The notes below the pieces were generated by a model that worked only from the letters and a program-made list of their open reading frames with translations, made no database searches and was not told the DNA's origin. The translations under genes were made by a program, and so were the position numbers. A DNA stretch of 64,000 nucleotides from Phormidesmis sp. (GTDB taxonomy: Bacteria > Cyanobacteriota > Cyanobacteriia > Leptolyngbyales > Leptolyngbyaceae): assembly GCA_965248535.1 (NCBI GenBank), contig CBDFJR010000002.1, positions 1,600,001 through 1,664,000 of the forward strand, read 5' to 3'. Below are positions 1-10,947 of this stretch, piece after piece (positions within the stretch are counted from its first letter, which is position 1; each line of letters opens with the position of its first letter).

Positions 1-231
1 AGGCGGAATTTTGCTATCGGGATCGTCATCAGGAAAACCCACAAAGCCGCCTAGGGGCAAGGCACGCAGGGCATATTCGGTTTGTGATCCCTGATATTTC
101 CACAAAATAGGGCCAAACCCGATCGAGAAACGATTTGCATAAATACCCTGGAGTCGTGCAGCCAGGAAGTGACCCAGTTCATGCACAAAGATCAGAACTG
201 CGAGAAGGGCAACAACAGCCAAAACTGACAT
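1..231 (-). CDS. rseP: RIP/site-2 intramembrane zinc metalloprotease RseP (N-terminal part; runs off the window edge)
   Basis: Manual translation from ATG at 231: MSVLAVVALLAVLIFVHELGHFLAARLQGIYANRFSIGFGP...ALPLGGFVGFPDDDP. Contains HExxH plus the FSIGFGP and PLGGFV motifs. Not in the ORF track. Confidence 0.93.
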   Translation of the reverse strand, partial: MSVLAVVALLAVLIFVHELGHFLAARLQGIYANRFSIGFGPILWKYQGSQTEYALRALPLGGFVGFPDDDPDSKIPP

Positions 232-337
232 AGGCTCAGACCTGTAAGCTCCGATGAAGACATCTCTCTATTCTAGAGCGCAAGCTGAGTCGTCACAAAA
301 CTTCACTCCAAAATTGATCCAAAGAAGGAGAACGGGA

Positions 338-1618
338 TCAAAGGGTTTCGCGCTTTAGATAAGGCTGCAACACCTCTGGGAGACGAACGCTACCGTCGGG
401 CTGCTGATAGTTTTCTAAAACGGCCGCCATAGTCCGACCGACCGCTAACCCTGACCCGTTGAGCGTATGGACAAATTGCGTCCCTTTTTGCCCAGCTTCT
501 TTAAAGCGAATGTTGCCGCGTCGAGCCTGAAAATCGAAAAAGTTTGAGCAACTCGAAATCTCGCGATAGGTGGCCGTTGAAGGCAACCAAACCTCTAGGT
601 CATAGCATTTTGCAGCCCCAAAGCCCAAATCTCCGGTGCAAAGCTCGATCGTGCGATAGGGCAATTTCAGCGCCTCCAGAATCGCTTCGGCATTTTTCAC
701 AAGCGCCTGATGTTCTTGCTCAGAGGTGGTGGGGTGAACAATCTTGACCAGCTCCACTTTATTAAACTGGTGCAACCGAATCAGCCCGCGAGTGTCTCTG
801 CCATAGCTGCCCGCCTCACGCCGAAAGCAAGGCGTATAGGCACAGTGATAAATCGGCAAACTGTCTGACGACAGCACATCATCTCGATAGAGATTAGTGA
901 CGGGCACCTCAGCCGTCGGCGCTAGCCACAGATCGTCGTCACTGCACTTAAAGCTTTCTTCAGCGAATTTGGGCAACTGTCCGGTTGCGGTGAGCGATTG
1001 AGTGTTGATTAAAAACGGCGGCGAAACTTCAAGGTAGCCTGCGGCAATTTGGCGATCGAGCATAAATTGAATCAACGCCCGCTCTAGAGCAGCGCCTGCC
1101 CCAAATAGCGCCACAAATCGAGTTTGAGCGACTTTTGTGGCTCGTTCGGTGTTCAAAATGCCTAGCTTTTCGCCAATCTCATAGTGAGGCAGAAAACTTT
1201 CACCCTGCGGTTTGAATTCATCGCCCCACCGCCGCACTTCGACATTTTCGGTTTCATCTTTCCCGATCGGGGTTGACTGACTCGGCAAGTTTGGCAGCGT
1301 CAGCAAGAGCGTCTCAATCTGAGCCTTCAGATCTTTTTCTCGTGGCTCTAACTCACTCAACTCGGCTTTGATCTGGTTGCCTTCATCACGCAGGGTTTGA
1401 ATTTCGGCGCTATTGGGATCGCTGCCTGATTTGATCTGCTGTCCGACTAATTTGCCAATCTCATTGCTGCGGGCTTGGAGGCTCGATCGGGTCTTCTCAA
1501 TTTCTCGCTGCTGTTGGTCAAACTGCACGATCGGCTGAATGTCATAGCTGCCGTTACGCTGGCTGAGTTTCTCTTGAACAAATTCTGGATTTTCGCGGAT
1601 TAGCTTCAGGTCAAGCAC
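338..1618 (-). CDS. serS: Serine--tRNA ligase
   Basis: [12 protein letters not shown] start (GTG at 1618; ORF-track start 1738 is over-extended), coiled-coil arm, [35 protein letters not shown] motifs. Confidence 0.98.
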   Translation of the reverse strand: MLDLKLIRENPEFVQEKLSQRNGSYDIQPIVQFDQQQREIEKTRSSLQARSNEIGKLVGQQIKSGSDPNSAEIQTLRDEGNQIKAELSELEPREKDLKAQIETLLLTLPNLPSQSTPIGKDETENVEVRRWGDEFKPQGESFLPHYEIGEKLGILNTERATKVAQTRFVALFGAGAALERALIQFMLDRQIAAGYLEVSPPFLINTQSLTATGQLPKFAEESFKCSDDDLWLAPTAEVPVTNLYRDDVLSSDSLPIYHCAYTPCFRREAGSYGRDTRGLIRLHQFNKVELVKIVHPTTSEQEHQALVKNAEAILEALKLPYRTIELCTGDLGFGAAKCYDLEVWLPSTATYREISSCSNFFDFQARRGNIRFKEAGQKGTQFVHTLNGSGLAVGRTMAAVLENYQQPDGSVRLPEVLQPYLKRETL

Positions 1619-1700
1619 AGATCTTTCTCGATTGAAATGGGTTTCGCCATCCCTTAGGATACCGCGCAGACGAGAGGATGCGGTGAAAAACTCCTCGTTC

Positions 1701-1732
1701 AGACCTCCGACTGCTTGAGAAGTGGGAGGTCT
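1701..1732. repeat. Short REP-like palindrome / probable terminator hairpin downstream of the GH57 gene
   Basis: AGACCTCC...GGAGGTCT inverted repeat; resembles the AGATCCCCGACTTC...GAAGTCGGGGATCT palindromes recalled from filamentous cyanobacteria. Confidence 0.5.
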
Positions 1733-1737
1733 TTGCA

Positions 1738-3987
1738 TTAAGGAACCGAAATGGGGATCAGGGCATTCTCTGGCAGATATTGGCGATAGCGTCCGCCATC
1801 CGACAACACCGCAACCATCCGCAGCGCATAGTCAGGGTGCACTTGCAGATCGGCCCAAGGAATGCTGATTTCTAGACATTTATCGAGGCCGATTTGAGCG
1901 CGAGTCGCACGAGATGACCAGCGAAAATCATCGGCCGCTTCTTGAAGCCAAACAGTTTGGGTCAGCAGATTAACGCCCAAATGGTGATGAAACTGATAGT
2001 TCAACGGCGCTTCATCTGGCAGATCGACCAGGGGAATCGGGCTGTTTCGCATTGAGCGATCGGCATAAAACCAGAATAGATTTAACTCTGGCGGACAATC
2101 GATCCCCGGTCGCACGCCTGCCCTAAAGTCAAGACGCAGGTAGAAATTAATGTGATCTAGCCCATACCAAAGCCGTTGAATCTCGCTGCTTTGGTGCATT
2201 GTGCCCCGTGCGCCCCCGACCTCAATGCGTCCTGCTTTATCCCAGTCTTGTTCGTCGCCGCGGCCATCTACGACCGGGTGAATAAACCCTTGGGGTGCAT
2301 GGTCACCCTGTTGGGCGTGCACCTCAACCGGACGGCGCACGTTATCAGGAATCGGCTCGTCTAGCGCTTGATAAAGAGCCGCTAAATGCTCTCGAAAAAG
2401 CTGGTCAAACATGGCATCTTGGTTAGACGAATGCCCTTCACCAAACCACCAAAACCAGTCAGAGCCTTCGGCAGCATAGAGCGCTTCCCAGGCTTGGGGG
2501 TTGGCGGCTTCGGTCGCTTCGGGGTGATTGGCTAACACTTGACGAGCTGTGGTCAGCAAATCCCAAGCGCGATTTTTGGCGGGGTCGCCGATCCACGTTG
2601 TGAAACTGCCATCAACCCAAGAGCCGCTGTGTAACTGGTCAGCAGGAATGATCTCCGTAGGCGGAAACTGCTCAGTAAACTCAGAAACGGTGACTAGCTT
2701 CAAGTCGGAATGATTGCTCAGAGTTTGATAGAGAGCCTCTAAAAATGGCTTGCCATCTTGAGGGTAGAACTCCCAGCAGTTTTCGCCATCTAGGGCGATC
2801 GTCACTAACCACGGTTGCTCTAACGTTGTCCCGTTGCCGTTGCGCTGCTTGAGCGATCGGGCGATCGCTTCTAAATGCCCCACCAGATCAGACGCGGCTC
2901 GTTTTGGCTCCATCGCGCTGTAGGTAAAGCCGATTAAGTCAGACAAGCGGTGATCTCGAAACACGATCGCCAAATCGCCCGCCGGAGTCTGCAAGCGATA
3001 GGGACGGTAGAGCATTTCAGGATCGTAAACCGTGCCCGTCTCATCGCGATTAAAGAAGTGCTTAAGCGACCAACCCAAAACGGCTTCATCAGAGCAGAGC
3101 CACTTAAACCCTTCTTTAGCCACATAGGGCAAAATCTCTGGACTCACCGACTGCTCAGACGGCCACAGCCCCCGCGGCGCTTGCCCAAACCTCTCTTCAT
3201 ACATCTGCCAGGCTCGTCTAAGGTGACGCGGAATATCTTCGGCAAACTGAAACCGTCGCTCAGGTAGCGCCATCTGAGGCACGGCCACCCGACCCGCGTT
3301 GGTGTCTGCCAGCAGCGGCAAAATCGGGTGCGTGTAGGGCGATGTGATCACCTCAAGCTGTCCGCTCTCCTGCATTTTGCGATGCTGCGGCACAATGCGG
3401 CTGAGAATTTCTCGATGCTTAGAAATGATTTGCTGGCGATCGCTCAGACTAAACCCTTTGCCTTTTTCTAGCCAGCCTGCCACTTCAGGATCACTCCAAA
3501 AGAGGGGATCAATCCACGCCAGGTTATGCCACGCCAGCAGATCGCTATAGTCATGAGCGTTCCAGTTTTCTTTACACCAGTCTCGACCTCGATCTTGACG
3601 TTGCCCATAGAGTTCTGCGTAGCGAGGATGGGGGTCAATCAGAGTGTGGTGATTAGCATCAAAGAAATGCTCGACGATGAACGCTTTTTGGTCAGAGTTG
3701 AGTTGCTCGATCGGGGTTAGCGTCAGCGCCAGATAGGGGTCGATCGCCGTTCCTGCCACATAATCCTCAATCTGAAGAATCAGCGAGGGGACTAAGTTAA
3801 CGGTCTGGTGCAGCTTGGGATACTGCTCTAGCAATAGCACCAGGTCTAGATAATCTTTCGTCCCGTGTAGGCGCACCCAAGGCAGACGATATTTTCCTTC
3901 TGAAGTGCTAGAACCCTCACCGCCTCGACTCTTATAAAGGGGCTGGTGCTGGTGCCAGATGAAGGCGACGTGCAGAGGATGTGACAT
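1738..3987 (-). CDS. Glycoside hydrolase family 57 (amylopullulanase-like)
   Basis: WHQHQP, WVRLH, GLWPSE (nucleophile), DGENCWE (acid/base), AEGSDWFWW motifs. Confidence 0.93.
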   Translation of the reverse strand: MSHPLHVAFIWHQHQPLYKSRGGEGSSTSEGKYRLPWVRLHGTKDYLDLVLLLEQYPKLHQTVNLVPSLILQIEDYVAGTAIDPYLALTLTPIEQLNSDQKAFIVEHFFDANHHTLIDPHPRYAELYGQRQDRGRDWCKENWNAHDYSDLLAWHNLAWIDPLFWSDPEVAGWLEKGKGFSLSDRQQIISKHREILSRIVPQHRKMQESGQLEVITSPYTHPILPLLADTNAGRVAVPQMALPERRFQFAEDIPRHLRRAWQMYEERFGQAPRGLWPSEQSVSPEILPYVAKEGFKWLCSDEAVLGWSLKHFFNRDETGTVYDPEMLYRPYRLQTPAGDLAIVFRDHRLSDLIGFTYSAMEPKRAASDLVGHLEAIARSLKQRNGNGTTLEQPWLVTIALDGENCWEFYPQDGKPFLEALYQTLSNHSDLKLVTVSEFTEQFPPTEIIPADQLHSGSWVDGSFTTWIGDPAKNRAWDLLTTARQVLANHPEATEAANPQAWEALYAAEGSDWFWWFGEGHSSNQDAMFDQLFREHLAALYQALDEPIPDNVRRPVEVHAQQGDHAPQGFIHPVVDGRGDEQDWDKAGRIEVGGARGTMHQSSEIQRLWYGLDHINFYLRLDFRAGVRPGIDCPPELNLFWFYADRSMRNSPIPLVDLPDEAPLNYQFHHHLGVNLLTQTVWLQEAADDFRWSSRATRAQIGLDKCLEISIPWADLQVHPDYALRMVAVLSDGGRYRQYLPENALIPISVP

Positions 3988-4000
3988 AAGAATTGGGGCG

Positions 4001-4054
4001 TGAGTTTTGAGTGATGTGTTCTAAGGTAGATCAAAACTCACCCCTCAAAACTCA
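4001..4054. repeat. Inverted GTTTTGA/TCAAAAC heptamer units forming a hairpin between nfu and the GH57 gene
   Basis: TGAGTTTTGAG (4001-4011) is complementary to TCAAAACTCA (4031-4040) and CTCAAAACTCA (4044-4054). Confidence 0.6.
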
Positions 4055-4060
4055 AATCTG

Positions 4061-4303
4061 CTACATAACTTGCTCGACTTCTTCAATTTCAGGGATGAAT
4101 TCGCGCAGACGACGCTCGATCCCCATCTTGAGGGTCATCGCCGAACTGGGGCAAGAACCGCACGCTCCTTGAAGTCTGAGCTTGACGATCGGGCCGTCTA
4201 ACTCGACTAGCTCGACGTTGCCGCCATCTGCCATGAGATAGGGCCGCAGTTCATCCAGCACGGTTTCAACGTTTTCTGGAGTCAGGGTTAGCGTTTGAGA
4301 CAT
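4061..4303 (-). CDS. nfuA: NifU C-terminal domain (Nfu) Fe-S scaffold protein
   Basis: [14 protein letters not shown]...[11 protein letters not shown] with CxxC. Confidence 0.95.
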   Translation of the reverse strand: MSQTLTLTPENVETVLDELRPYLMADGGNVELVELDGPIVKLRLQGACGSCPSSAMTLKMGIERRLREFIPEIEEVEQVM

Positions 4304-4407
4304 AGTTCACCTTTGGGACTGTAGTTTAGGCTGGTTGATCTCGATCGTAGCGGCTGAGCTTGGAGTTTGAGAACCTGACGCGATCGGGCCTCAAACTCTC
4401 AAATCTT

Positions 4408-5061
4408 CTAGACCAAGGCTGGCTCTAAGAGTTTCACATTAGAGAACCCAAACTCACTCGTTTGGATCTGACCATCTTGCTCAGTGCGGATCACGCGCTT
4501 GGTCAAGATGTAGTAGTTGCCCACTTTTTCGTAGTGATCTTCAAAATCACTTTTGCCACCTTTCGCCTCGCCCGTTTGGGGATCGCTATAAACTGAGTCA
4601 TAGCGCTCAGAAAGATAGCCTTCGCCCGTGTCGTGACTGCTAAACGTGTGGATGGTGACCACAATATCGCGAATGTGACGGTGCACAAGACTCACTTCAT
4701 TGTTGTGAACCTTGTAGCGATCGCCCATCGCCGTTCCTTTAACCAAAATCTCAACAGCCCCCGTCTCGTCGGTTTCCCCTAGGGTGAAGACGTTCTTGCT
4801 GTGGGTTTCTTCAAAGGTGCGGCGAACCCGATGAATCGAGGTTTCCCACAGTTGCCCGTGAATCTCTTTCTTGACTTCTTCATCGTCAATATCAGAGACT
4901 TCAGCCTTCATACTTCCGTCGATGCGAGCCTTGGCAGTGTAAACGTCGTCGCCTTTTTTATAGGTGACATCCATCGTATAGCCCGGAAAGTCTTTGTCCC
5001 AGGTATAGCGGTTTTCATAAGCAGCACGAAACAGTTCGCGAGCTTCCATTGGTTCTGTCAT
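4408..5061 (-). CDS. Conserved cyanobacterial protein, DUF3386-like
   Basis: ARELFRAAYENRYTWD N-terminus and HRVRRTFEETH recalled as typical of DUF3386; AGGAG RBS upstream. Confidence 0.8.
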   Translation of the reverse strand: MTEPMEARELFRAAYENRYTWDKDFPGYTMDVTYKKGDDVYTAKARIDGSMKAEVSDIDDEEVKKEIHGQLWETSIHRVRRTFEETHSKNVFTLGETDETGAVEILVKGTAMGDRYKVHNNEVSLVHRHIRDIVVTIHTFSSHDTGEGYLSERYDSVYSDPQTGEAKGGKSDFEDHYEKVGNYYILTKRVIRTEQDGQIQTSEFGFSNVKLLEPALV

Positions 5062-5126
5062 GAAACGCTCCTTAATCTCCTTCTCTAGTTTAAGGAGTTT
5101 AGGGGCAATTGCGGAGAAATCGAGCG

Positions 5127-6938
5127 TCAGCCTAACATCATTACAGGTTCTTGAGCGAGGGGAACGGTGAACGTGACCGTCGAGCCTAATCCCTCACCCA
5201 TGCTATAAAAGTTGACTACGCCGCCCATCGCTTCTACGAGTCGCTGAGAGATCGCCAGTCCTAGTCCAGTGCCGCCATATTGCCGGGTCAGAGAGCCATC
5301 AACCTGACTAAACGACTGAAACAGCTTGTCTTGCTTCTCTAACGAAACCCCAATTCCGGTGTCAGCAACCCGCACTTTCACCATGCCCGGAAGCTCTCGG
5401 TCTTGAACCACGACTCGTTTTTTGACGACTTCTACCGTGATTGTGATGCCGCCCTCGTGGGTGAACTTGATCGCGTTGTTGACCAGGTTCAGCATCACTT
5501 GTTTTAGACGCTGGTAGTTAGCATAGAGAATAATCTCGTCGTAAGTTGACGGTTTATGAATCTCAAAGCTGAGATTTTTTTGCTGCGTGCTGGCAAACTT
5601 TTCAACATCGCCCAAGACTTCATCAAGTTTGACGTGGCTGAGATCAATCTGCATTTTTCCAGCTTCGATCTTGGCAATGTCCAACACGTCTTCAAGAATA
5701 TCGCCTAAATGCAGAGCCGAGTTGTGGGCTTCTTGAGTAAACTCTCGTTGCTCTTCGGGGTCGTCTGCCATGCCGTCAAGAATCAGCTTGAGAAAGCCAA
5801 TCATGCCGTTGAGCGGCGTTCGCAACTCGTGAGAAGTGTTGGCTAAAAATTCGCTTTTGAGACGAGATGCTTCCTCTGCTTGATGACGAGCTTCTTCAAG
5901 TTCCCGGTGTTTTTGCAGCAGATTGCTGTTGACTCGCTGAAGCTCGATCGCCAGATTTTGACTCTCGGCAAAGAGAGAAGCGTGAGCGATCGCGGTGCCC
6001 ACCTGATCGGCTAGCTCTTGCATAAACTCAATTTCGGCTGAAGTCCACGATCGGGTACGATCGCACTGATAAAGCACAATTACGCCATTGGGTTGCTCTT
6101 GATAAAACGTTGCCACCATCAGCCGAGTTTGAGGCAACCGCTCGCGCTCTGCCAGATCGCTCGTCGCGCAGATGGTTTGGCTGCGGTCGATCACCGGAGC
6201 CGCACTCAAAGGGTTTAGCGTGGCCACAACCTTCCGCAAATCTGCATCGTCGGCTAGAGAAAACTTCATGCCCAAGAGCGATTCTAACGATGCTTGACGA
6301 TATTCGGCGACCACTTCAATCTCAGAACTCAGGGCCGCAAACGGACAGATTACACATCGACTCACGCCCAAGGCTTTGCCAAGCCCGTCAACAGTCTGCT
6401 GCCAAATGGTGGATAGGTCTAGGGTGCGGCGAATCGTCCAGGCAATTTGCGTCAAAAGTTTTTGGTAGCGATCGGAGCGCGGAGCCAGCGTCACAGGCGG
6501 AGAACAATCGTCTGGGATCGGCTCATTCAGTGTGTGAGGAAGGTGTTTCCCAGTCACAATTACTAGTGAAGCCTGCCCTCTAGGAGACAAAATCGGACTC
6601 ATGAGCAACTCAGCTAGCACCGTCTGATCGCGATAGCGACACAAGCAGCGAAACTGCTCTGGAGTCTGGTTGTCTAACACCCGGTTGAGTCGCTCTAAGT
6701 AGGGCACGATCGCAACGGGTGCAACTGCCTCTAGACTTCTCACTGCTGGCTCAGGCTCTAGCGGGTGACCTGCATCTTGCCAATAAAAAGACAGCACGTT
6801 TCCCGCTGCATCTTGAGTCATCACCCACTCGGCAACGCTCTCTAGATCAGTCGAAACCTCAGGGCTTGAGGGAGAATTGTCCGATCGGAGGCTTGAAAAA
6901 GTCACAGAAGAAACCATCTCACTGAAAGCTAGAACCAA
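5127..6938 (-). CDS. GAF-domain sensor histidine kinase
   Basis: GAF (IRRTLDL...ELADQVGTAI), H-box FLANTSHELRTPL, N-box NLVNNAIKFT, DTGIG, GGTGLGL; start uncertain. Confidence 0.93.
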   Translation of the reverse strand: MVLAFSEMVSSVTFSSLRSDNSPSSPEVSTDLESVAEWVMTQDAAGNVLSFYWQDAGHPLEPEPAVRSLEAVAPVAIVPYLERLNRVLDNQTPEQFRCLCRYRDQTVLAELLMSPILSPRGQASLVIVTGKHLPHTLNEPIPDDCSPPVTLAPRSDRYQKLLTQIAWTIRRTLDLSTIWQQTVDGLGKALGVSRCVICPFAALSSEIEVVAEYRQASLESLLGMKFSLADDADLRKVVATLNPLSAAPVIDRSQTICATSDLAERERLPQTRLMVATFYQEQPNGVIVLYQCDRTRSWTSAEIEFMQELADQVGTAIAHASLFAESQNLAIELQRVNSNLLQKHRELEEARHQAEEASRLKSEFLANTSHELRTPLNGMIGFLKLILDGMADDPEEQREFTQEAHNSALHLGDILEDVLDIAKIEAGKMQIDLSHVKLDEVLGDVEKFASTQQKNLSFEIHKPSTYDEIILYANYQRLKQVMLNLVNNAIKFTHEGGITITVEVVKKRVVVQDRELPGMVKVRVADTGIGVSLEKQDKLFQSFSQVDGSLTRQYGGTGLGLAISQRLVEAMGGVVNFYSMGEGLGSTVTFTVPLAQEPVMMLG

Positions 6939-7126
6939 AACACTAAAGCCAGAAAATCTAGAATTGACAGTGAACTGAGGCGATGAGCATCGGTTTAGAC
7001 CTAATTCACAAAGCTAGAGAGTCACCAAAAACCATTTGGTTTAACTAAACTCGATCATCCAACTCACGCTACTCTAGCTTCCATCAAGCTTGCACCTGGC
7101 GACAAGTGTCTAAGACGACACTCTAG

Positions 7127-7357
7127 CTAGTCGTTCCACTCGCCCCTAGGAGGCACCGGAGGATTGCGTTGAAAGCTCCGAGAAGACTCTTCATCTCGAT
7201 GAGTCTCACTGCGTAACCATTGCCGAATCGCCACTTCGACGATTTTGCTGGGGTCGTTTGTCAAGTGCTTAATCTGCTCAAGTAGCTCTGAGTCGATGTG
7301 AATCGATAGCTCTACTTTATCGATGGCTGGGTAAGAGTGCATGGCTGGGTCATTCAT
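7127..7357 (-). CDS. Small ribbon-helix-helix-like protein (CcdA-antitoxin-like fold)
   Basis: VELSIHIDSELLEQIK...PSKIVEVAIRQWL matches an RHH beta-alpha-alpha pattern. Confidence 0.65.
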   Translation of the reverse strand: MNDPAMHSYPAIDKVELSIHIDSELLEQIKHLTNDPSKIVEVAIRQWLRSETHRDEESSRSFQRNPPVPPRGEWND

Positions 7358-7657
7358 CAGTAAAAACCGTGGATTCCGTCTTGATATCGCCCAAACTTAA
7401 GTGCTAGTTTAACCGACTGATCGAACTTCTGGAAAATTGAGCAAACTTTTACGTCATTAAGGATCGGATCAAGGGGGTGATTGGCGAGTCTAAAGCAGTG
7501 TGAATGAGGGGTTACCCACGATCGAGAATCCTGCAATAAGACTGAGAAAAGGATTAAACTATCTAAACATTGCCGATCAAGTGCAGCCTGTTGGATGCTC
7601 TAAACCCACCGCGCACCCCGCGATAATTCTTTATTTCACCCTTTTACCCTGGAGTCT

Positions 7658-9469
7658 ATGACAGACGTTCCCGTCAGCCGCATCCGCAACTTTTCGATCA
7701 TTGCCCACATCGATCACGGCAAATCAACGCTGGCAGACCGTCTTCTACAAGCGACGGGCACCGTCGATGCGCGGGAAATGAAGGAACAGTTCCTCGACAA
7801 TATGGATCTAGAGCGTGAACGCGGCATCACCATCAAACTGCAAGCCGCTCGCATGGACTACATCGCCAAAGACGGGCAAAACTATGTGCTTAACCTGATC
7901 GACACGCCGGGGCACGTAGATTTTTCCTATGAGGTGTCGCGATCGCTAGCCGCCTGTGAAGGTGCGCTCCTTGTCGTCGATGCTTCCCAAGGGGTCGAGG
8001 CTCAAACCCTAGCAAACGTCTATCTGGCCCTAGAAAATAATTTAGAGATTATTCCCGTTCTCAACAAAATTGACCTGCCGGGAGCAGAACCCGATCGGGT
8101 CAGAAAAGAGATCGAAGAAATCGTCGGACTCGATTGCAGTGGCGCAATTTTGGCATCCGCTAAAGAAGGCATTGGGATTCCAGAAATTTTAGAGCAGATC
8201 GTGCAGTTGGTGCCACCGCCCGCAGACACCACCGATCAGCCCCTGCGCGCTTTAATTTTTGATAGCTACTATGACGCTTATAGAGGTGTGATTGTCTACT
8301 TTCGGTTGATGGATGGACAGCTAAAACAGGGCGACAAAGTGCGCTTAATGGCATCGGGCAAAGAGTTTGTCATTGATGAGCTAGGAGTGCTGTCGCCGAC
8401 TCAGGTCAAAGTCGATGCTCTCCACGCCGGGGAAGTGGGTTATCTAGCGGCTTCTATCAAAGCTGTCGAAGATGCCAGGGTTGGTGACACCATTACGCTA
8501 GCTAACAAACCCGCTTCAGAAGCGCTTCCGGGCTATATAGAAGCCAAGCCAATGGTCTTTTGTGGGATGTTTCCCATTGATGCCGATCAGTTTCCTGAAC
8601 TGCGCGAGGCTCTAGAAAGACTCAAGCTCAATGATGCCGCCCTCCACTATGAGCCAGAAACCTCAAGTGCAATGGGGTTTGGCTTCCGATGTGGTTTTTT
8701 GGGCTTGCTGCACATGGAAATTGTGCAAGAGCGGCTAGAGCGAGAATACAACCTGAATTTAATTATCACGGCTCCATCCGTGGTCTATCAAGTCACAACG
8801 CTGAAAGGCGAAGTGATTTATATTGACAATCCCAGCAAATTGCCTGACCCGCAGCATCGCGAAAAAATTGAAGAACCCTACGTTCAGTTAGACATCATCA
8901 CGCCAGAAACCTATGTGGGTGTGCTGATGGAGCTATGTCAAACTCGGCGAGGCATCTTCAAAGACATGAAGTATATGACTCCGGGACGCACAACGCTGAT
9001 CTACGAGGTGCCCCTAGCTGAAGTGGTGACTGACTTTTTTGACCAACTGAAGTCTCGATCGCGGGGCTATGCCAGCATGGAATATCAGCTAATTGGCTAT
9101 CGAGAAAACTTTTTGGTGAAGCTAGATATTCTGATCAATGGCGATCCCGTCGATCCGCTGGCGACGATCGTGCATCGAGATAAAGCCTATGCAGTGGGAC
9201 GGGCGCTAACCGAGAAGCTCAAAGAACTGATCCCTCGTCACCAGTTTAAGATTCCGATTCAGGCCACGATCGGCAGCAAAGTGATTGCCAGTGAGCACAT
9301 TCCGGCCATTCGCAAAGATGTGCTCGCCAAGTGCTATGGCGGCGACATTTCGCGAAAGAAAAAGCTTCTCCAAAAGCAAGCTAAGGGCAAGAAACGCATG
9401 AAAGCGATCGGAACCGTAGATGTGCCCCAAGAAGCTTTTATGGCCGTGTTGCGAATCACCCAAGAGTAG
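7658..9469 (+). CDS. lepA: Translation elongation factor 4 (LepA)
   Basis: [57 protein letters not shown]. Confidence 0.99.
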   Translation: MTDVPVSRIRNFSIIAHIDHGKSTLADRLLQATGTVDAREMKEQFLDNMDLERERGITIKLQAARMDYIAKDGQNYVLNLIDTPGHVDFSYEVSRSLAACEGALLVVDASQGVEAQTLANVYLALENNLEIIPVLNKIDLPGAEPDRVRKEIEEIVGLDCSGAILASAKEGIGIPEILEQIVQLVPPPADTTDQPLRALIFDSYYDAYRGVIVYFRLMDGQLKQGDKVRLMASGKEFVIDELGVLSPTQVKVDALHAGEVGYLAASIKAVEDARVGDTITLANKPASEALPGYIEAKPMVFCGMFPIDADQFPELREALERLKLNDAALHYEPETSSAMGFGFRCGFLGLLHMEIVQERLEREYNLNLIITAPSVVYQVTTLKGEVIYIDNPSKLPDPQHREKIEEPYVQLDIITPETYVGVLMELCQTRRGIFKDMKYMTPGRTTLIYEVPLAEVVTDFFDQLKSRSRGYASMEYQLIGYRENFLVKLDILINGDPVDPLATIVHRDKAYAVGRALTEKLKELIPRHQFKIPIQATIGSKVIASEHIPAIRKDVLAKCYGGDISRKKKLLQKQAKGKKRMKAIGTVDVPQEAFMAVLRITQE

Positions 9470-9875
9470 CCGAGGATCATTCAGCAAGACTCGATGCTCG
9501 GTGGGGACACTCCCTGCCCACCCGCCGTGCAAATCACCAAGTCCTAGTGGATAAATTAGGGAATAGGCTGTTTTTTAGAAACTGCCGCCATTTCATCATC
9601 AGTCAGGGTGCCAGCTTTAAGATTTAATGAAGTCTGCTAGTCAAGGTAACCTTTCATGCAAGCTTTTTGCTAAGGTTCTACTGAAAATGTCAATCCTTCC
9701 TCCGTTAGGTTATGGAAGGATCTCTGTCGTCATACCCAGTCTGAGTGTTGTGTATCGGCACACTCGCTTCTGGGTACACTCTTGGCATGGAATGGAACAA
9801 TCATCTACCTCAGCCTTTAATGAAAGGTGATCTCGGCCCGTTTGCCCATTTGCACTTCAATAGCTTACTGAAACT

Positions 9876-10841
9876 ATGCGAATTCTTGTTACTGGTGGTG
9901 CTGGCTTTATCGGTTCCCATCTGATTGATCGACTCATGACTCAAGGGCATGAGGTGGTTTGCTTAGATAACTTTTACACGGGGCACAAGCGAAACCTGCT
10001 GCAATGGCTCGATAGCCCCTATTTTGAGTTAATTCGCCACGATATTACTGAACCGATTCGATTAGAAGTCGATCAAATTTATCACTTGGCTTGCCCTGCG
10101 TCTCCAGTTCACTATCAGTTTAATCCGGTCAAAACGATTAAAACCAATGTGATCGGCACCTTAAATATGTTGGGCTTGGCAAAGCGAGTCAATGCCCGAT
10201 TTTTGCTGGCCTCGACCTCAGAAGTCTATGGTGATCCCGAAGTGCATCCGCAGTCAGAAGAGTATCGCGGTAGCGTCAACCCGATCGGGATTCGTAGCTG
10301 CTATGACGAAGGCAAGCGAGTCGCCGAGACTCTGGCCTTTGACTATCACCGCCAAAACGAAGTAGACATCCGAGTCGCCAGAATCTTTAACACCTATGGG
10401 CCTCGAATGCTAGAAAACGACGGTCGCGTCGTCAGCAATCTTATCGTTCAGGCGCTTCGCAACAAGCCTTTGACGGTCTATGGAGACGGGTCGCAAACCC
10501 GCAGTTTCTGCTACGCCTCTGACCTAGTAGAAGGACTAATGCGCTTGATGAATGGCGACTTCATTGGCCCTGTGAACTTGGGCAACCCTGATGAATACAC
10601 CATTCTGCAACTCGCTCAAACCATTCAGAAGATGGTCAACCCCTCAACAGACGTGAGATTTGAGCCACTTCCCCAAGATGATCCCCGTCGTCGCAAGCCC
10701 GATATCACCCGCGCTAAGACTCATCTCGGTTGGCAACCTACTATCCCGCTCCAAGAGGGTTTAGAGCGCACGATCGCAGATTTTCAAAGTCGCATCGGTT
10801 CTCAGCTTCCGATCGAGCCTGAGTCTGTCGCCGCTCACTAA
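9876..10841 (+). CDS. UDP-glucuronate decarboxylase (UDP-xylose synthase), extended SDR
   Basis: [40 protein letters not shown]. Confidence 0.95.
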   Translation: MRILVTGGAGFIGSHLIDRLMTQGHEVVCLDNFYTGHKRNLLQWLDSPYFELIRHDITEPIRLEVDQIYHLACPASPVHYQFNPVKTIKTNVIGTLNMLGLAKRVNARFLLASTSEVYGDPEVHPQSEEYRGSVNPIGIRSCYDEGKRVAETLAFDYHRQNEVDIRVARIFNTYGPRMLENDGRVVSNLIVQALRNKPLTVYGDGSQTRSFCYASDLVEGLMRLMNGDFIGPVNLGNPDEYTILQLAQTIQKMVNPSTDVRFEPLPQDDPRRRKPDITRAKTHLGWQPTIPLQEGLERTIADFQSRIGSQLPIEPESVAAH

Positions 10842-10947
10842 TCTTGGGTTCCCTCAGTTGCCTTGCCTGCTGCTGAGGGAACGTTAAGGGGCAAGTTTGT
10901 CAAAGATAGTGTTCGCTTGTTCTGTTCCCCATATCTGAGGAGATTCT

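Noticed and set aside
1619..1738. N-terminal extension of serS, or a T-box leader
   Set aside because: SerS homology begins at GTG 1618; no T-box consensus is visible and the region holds a palindrome
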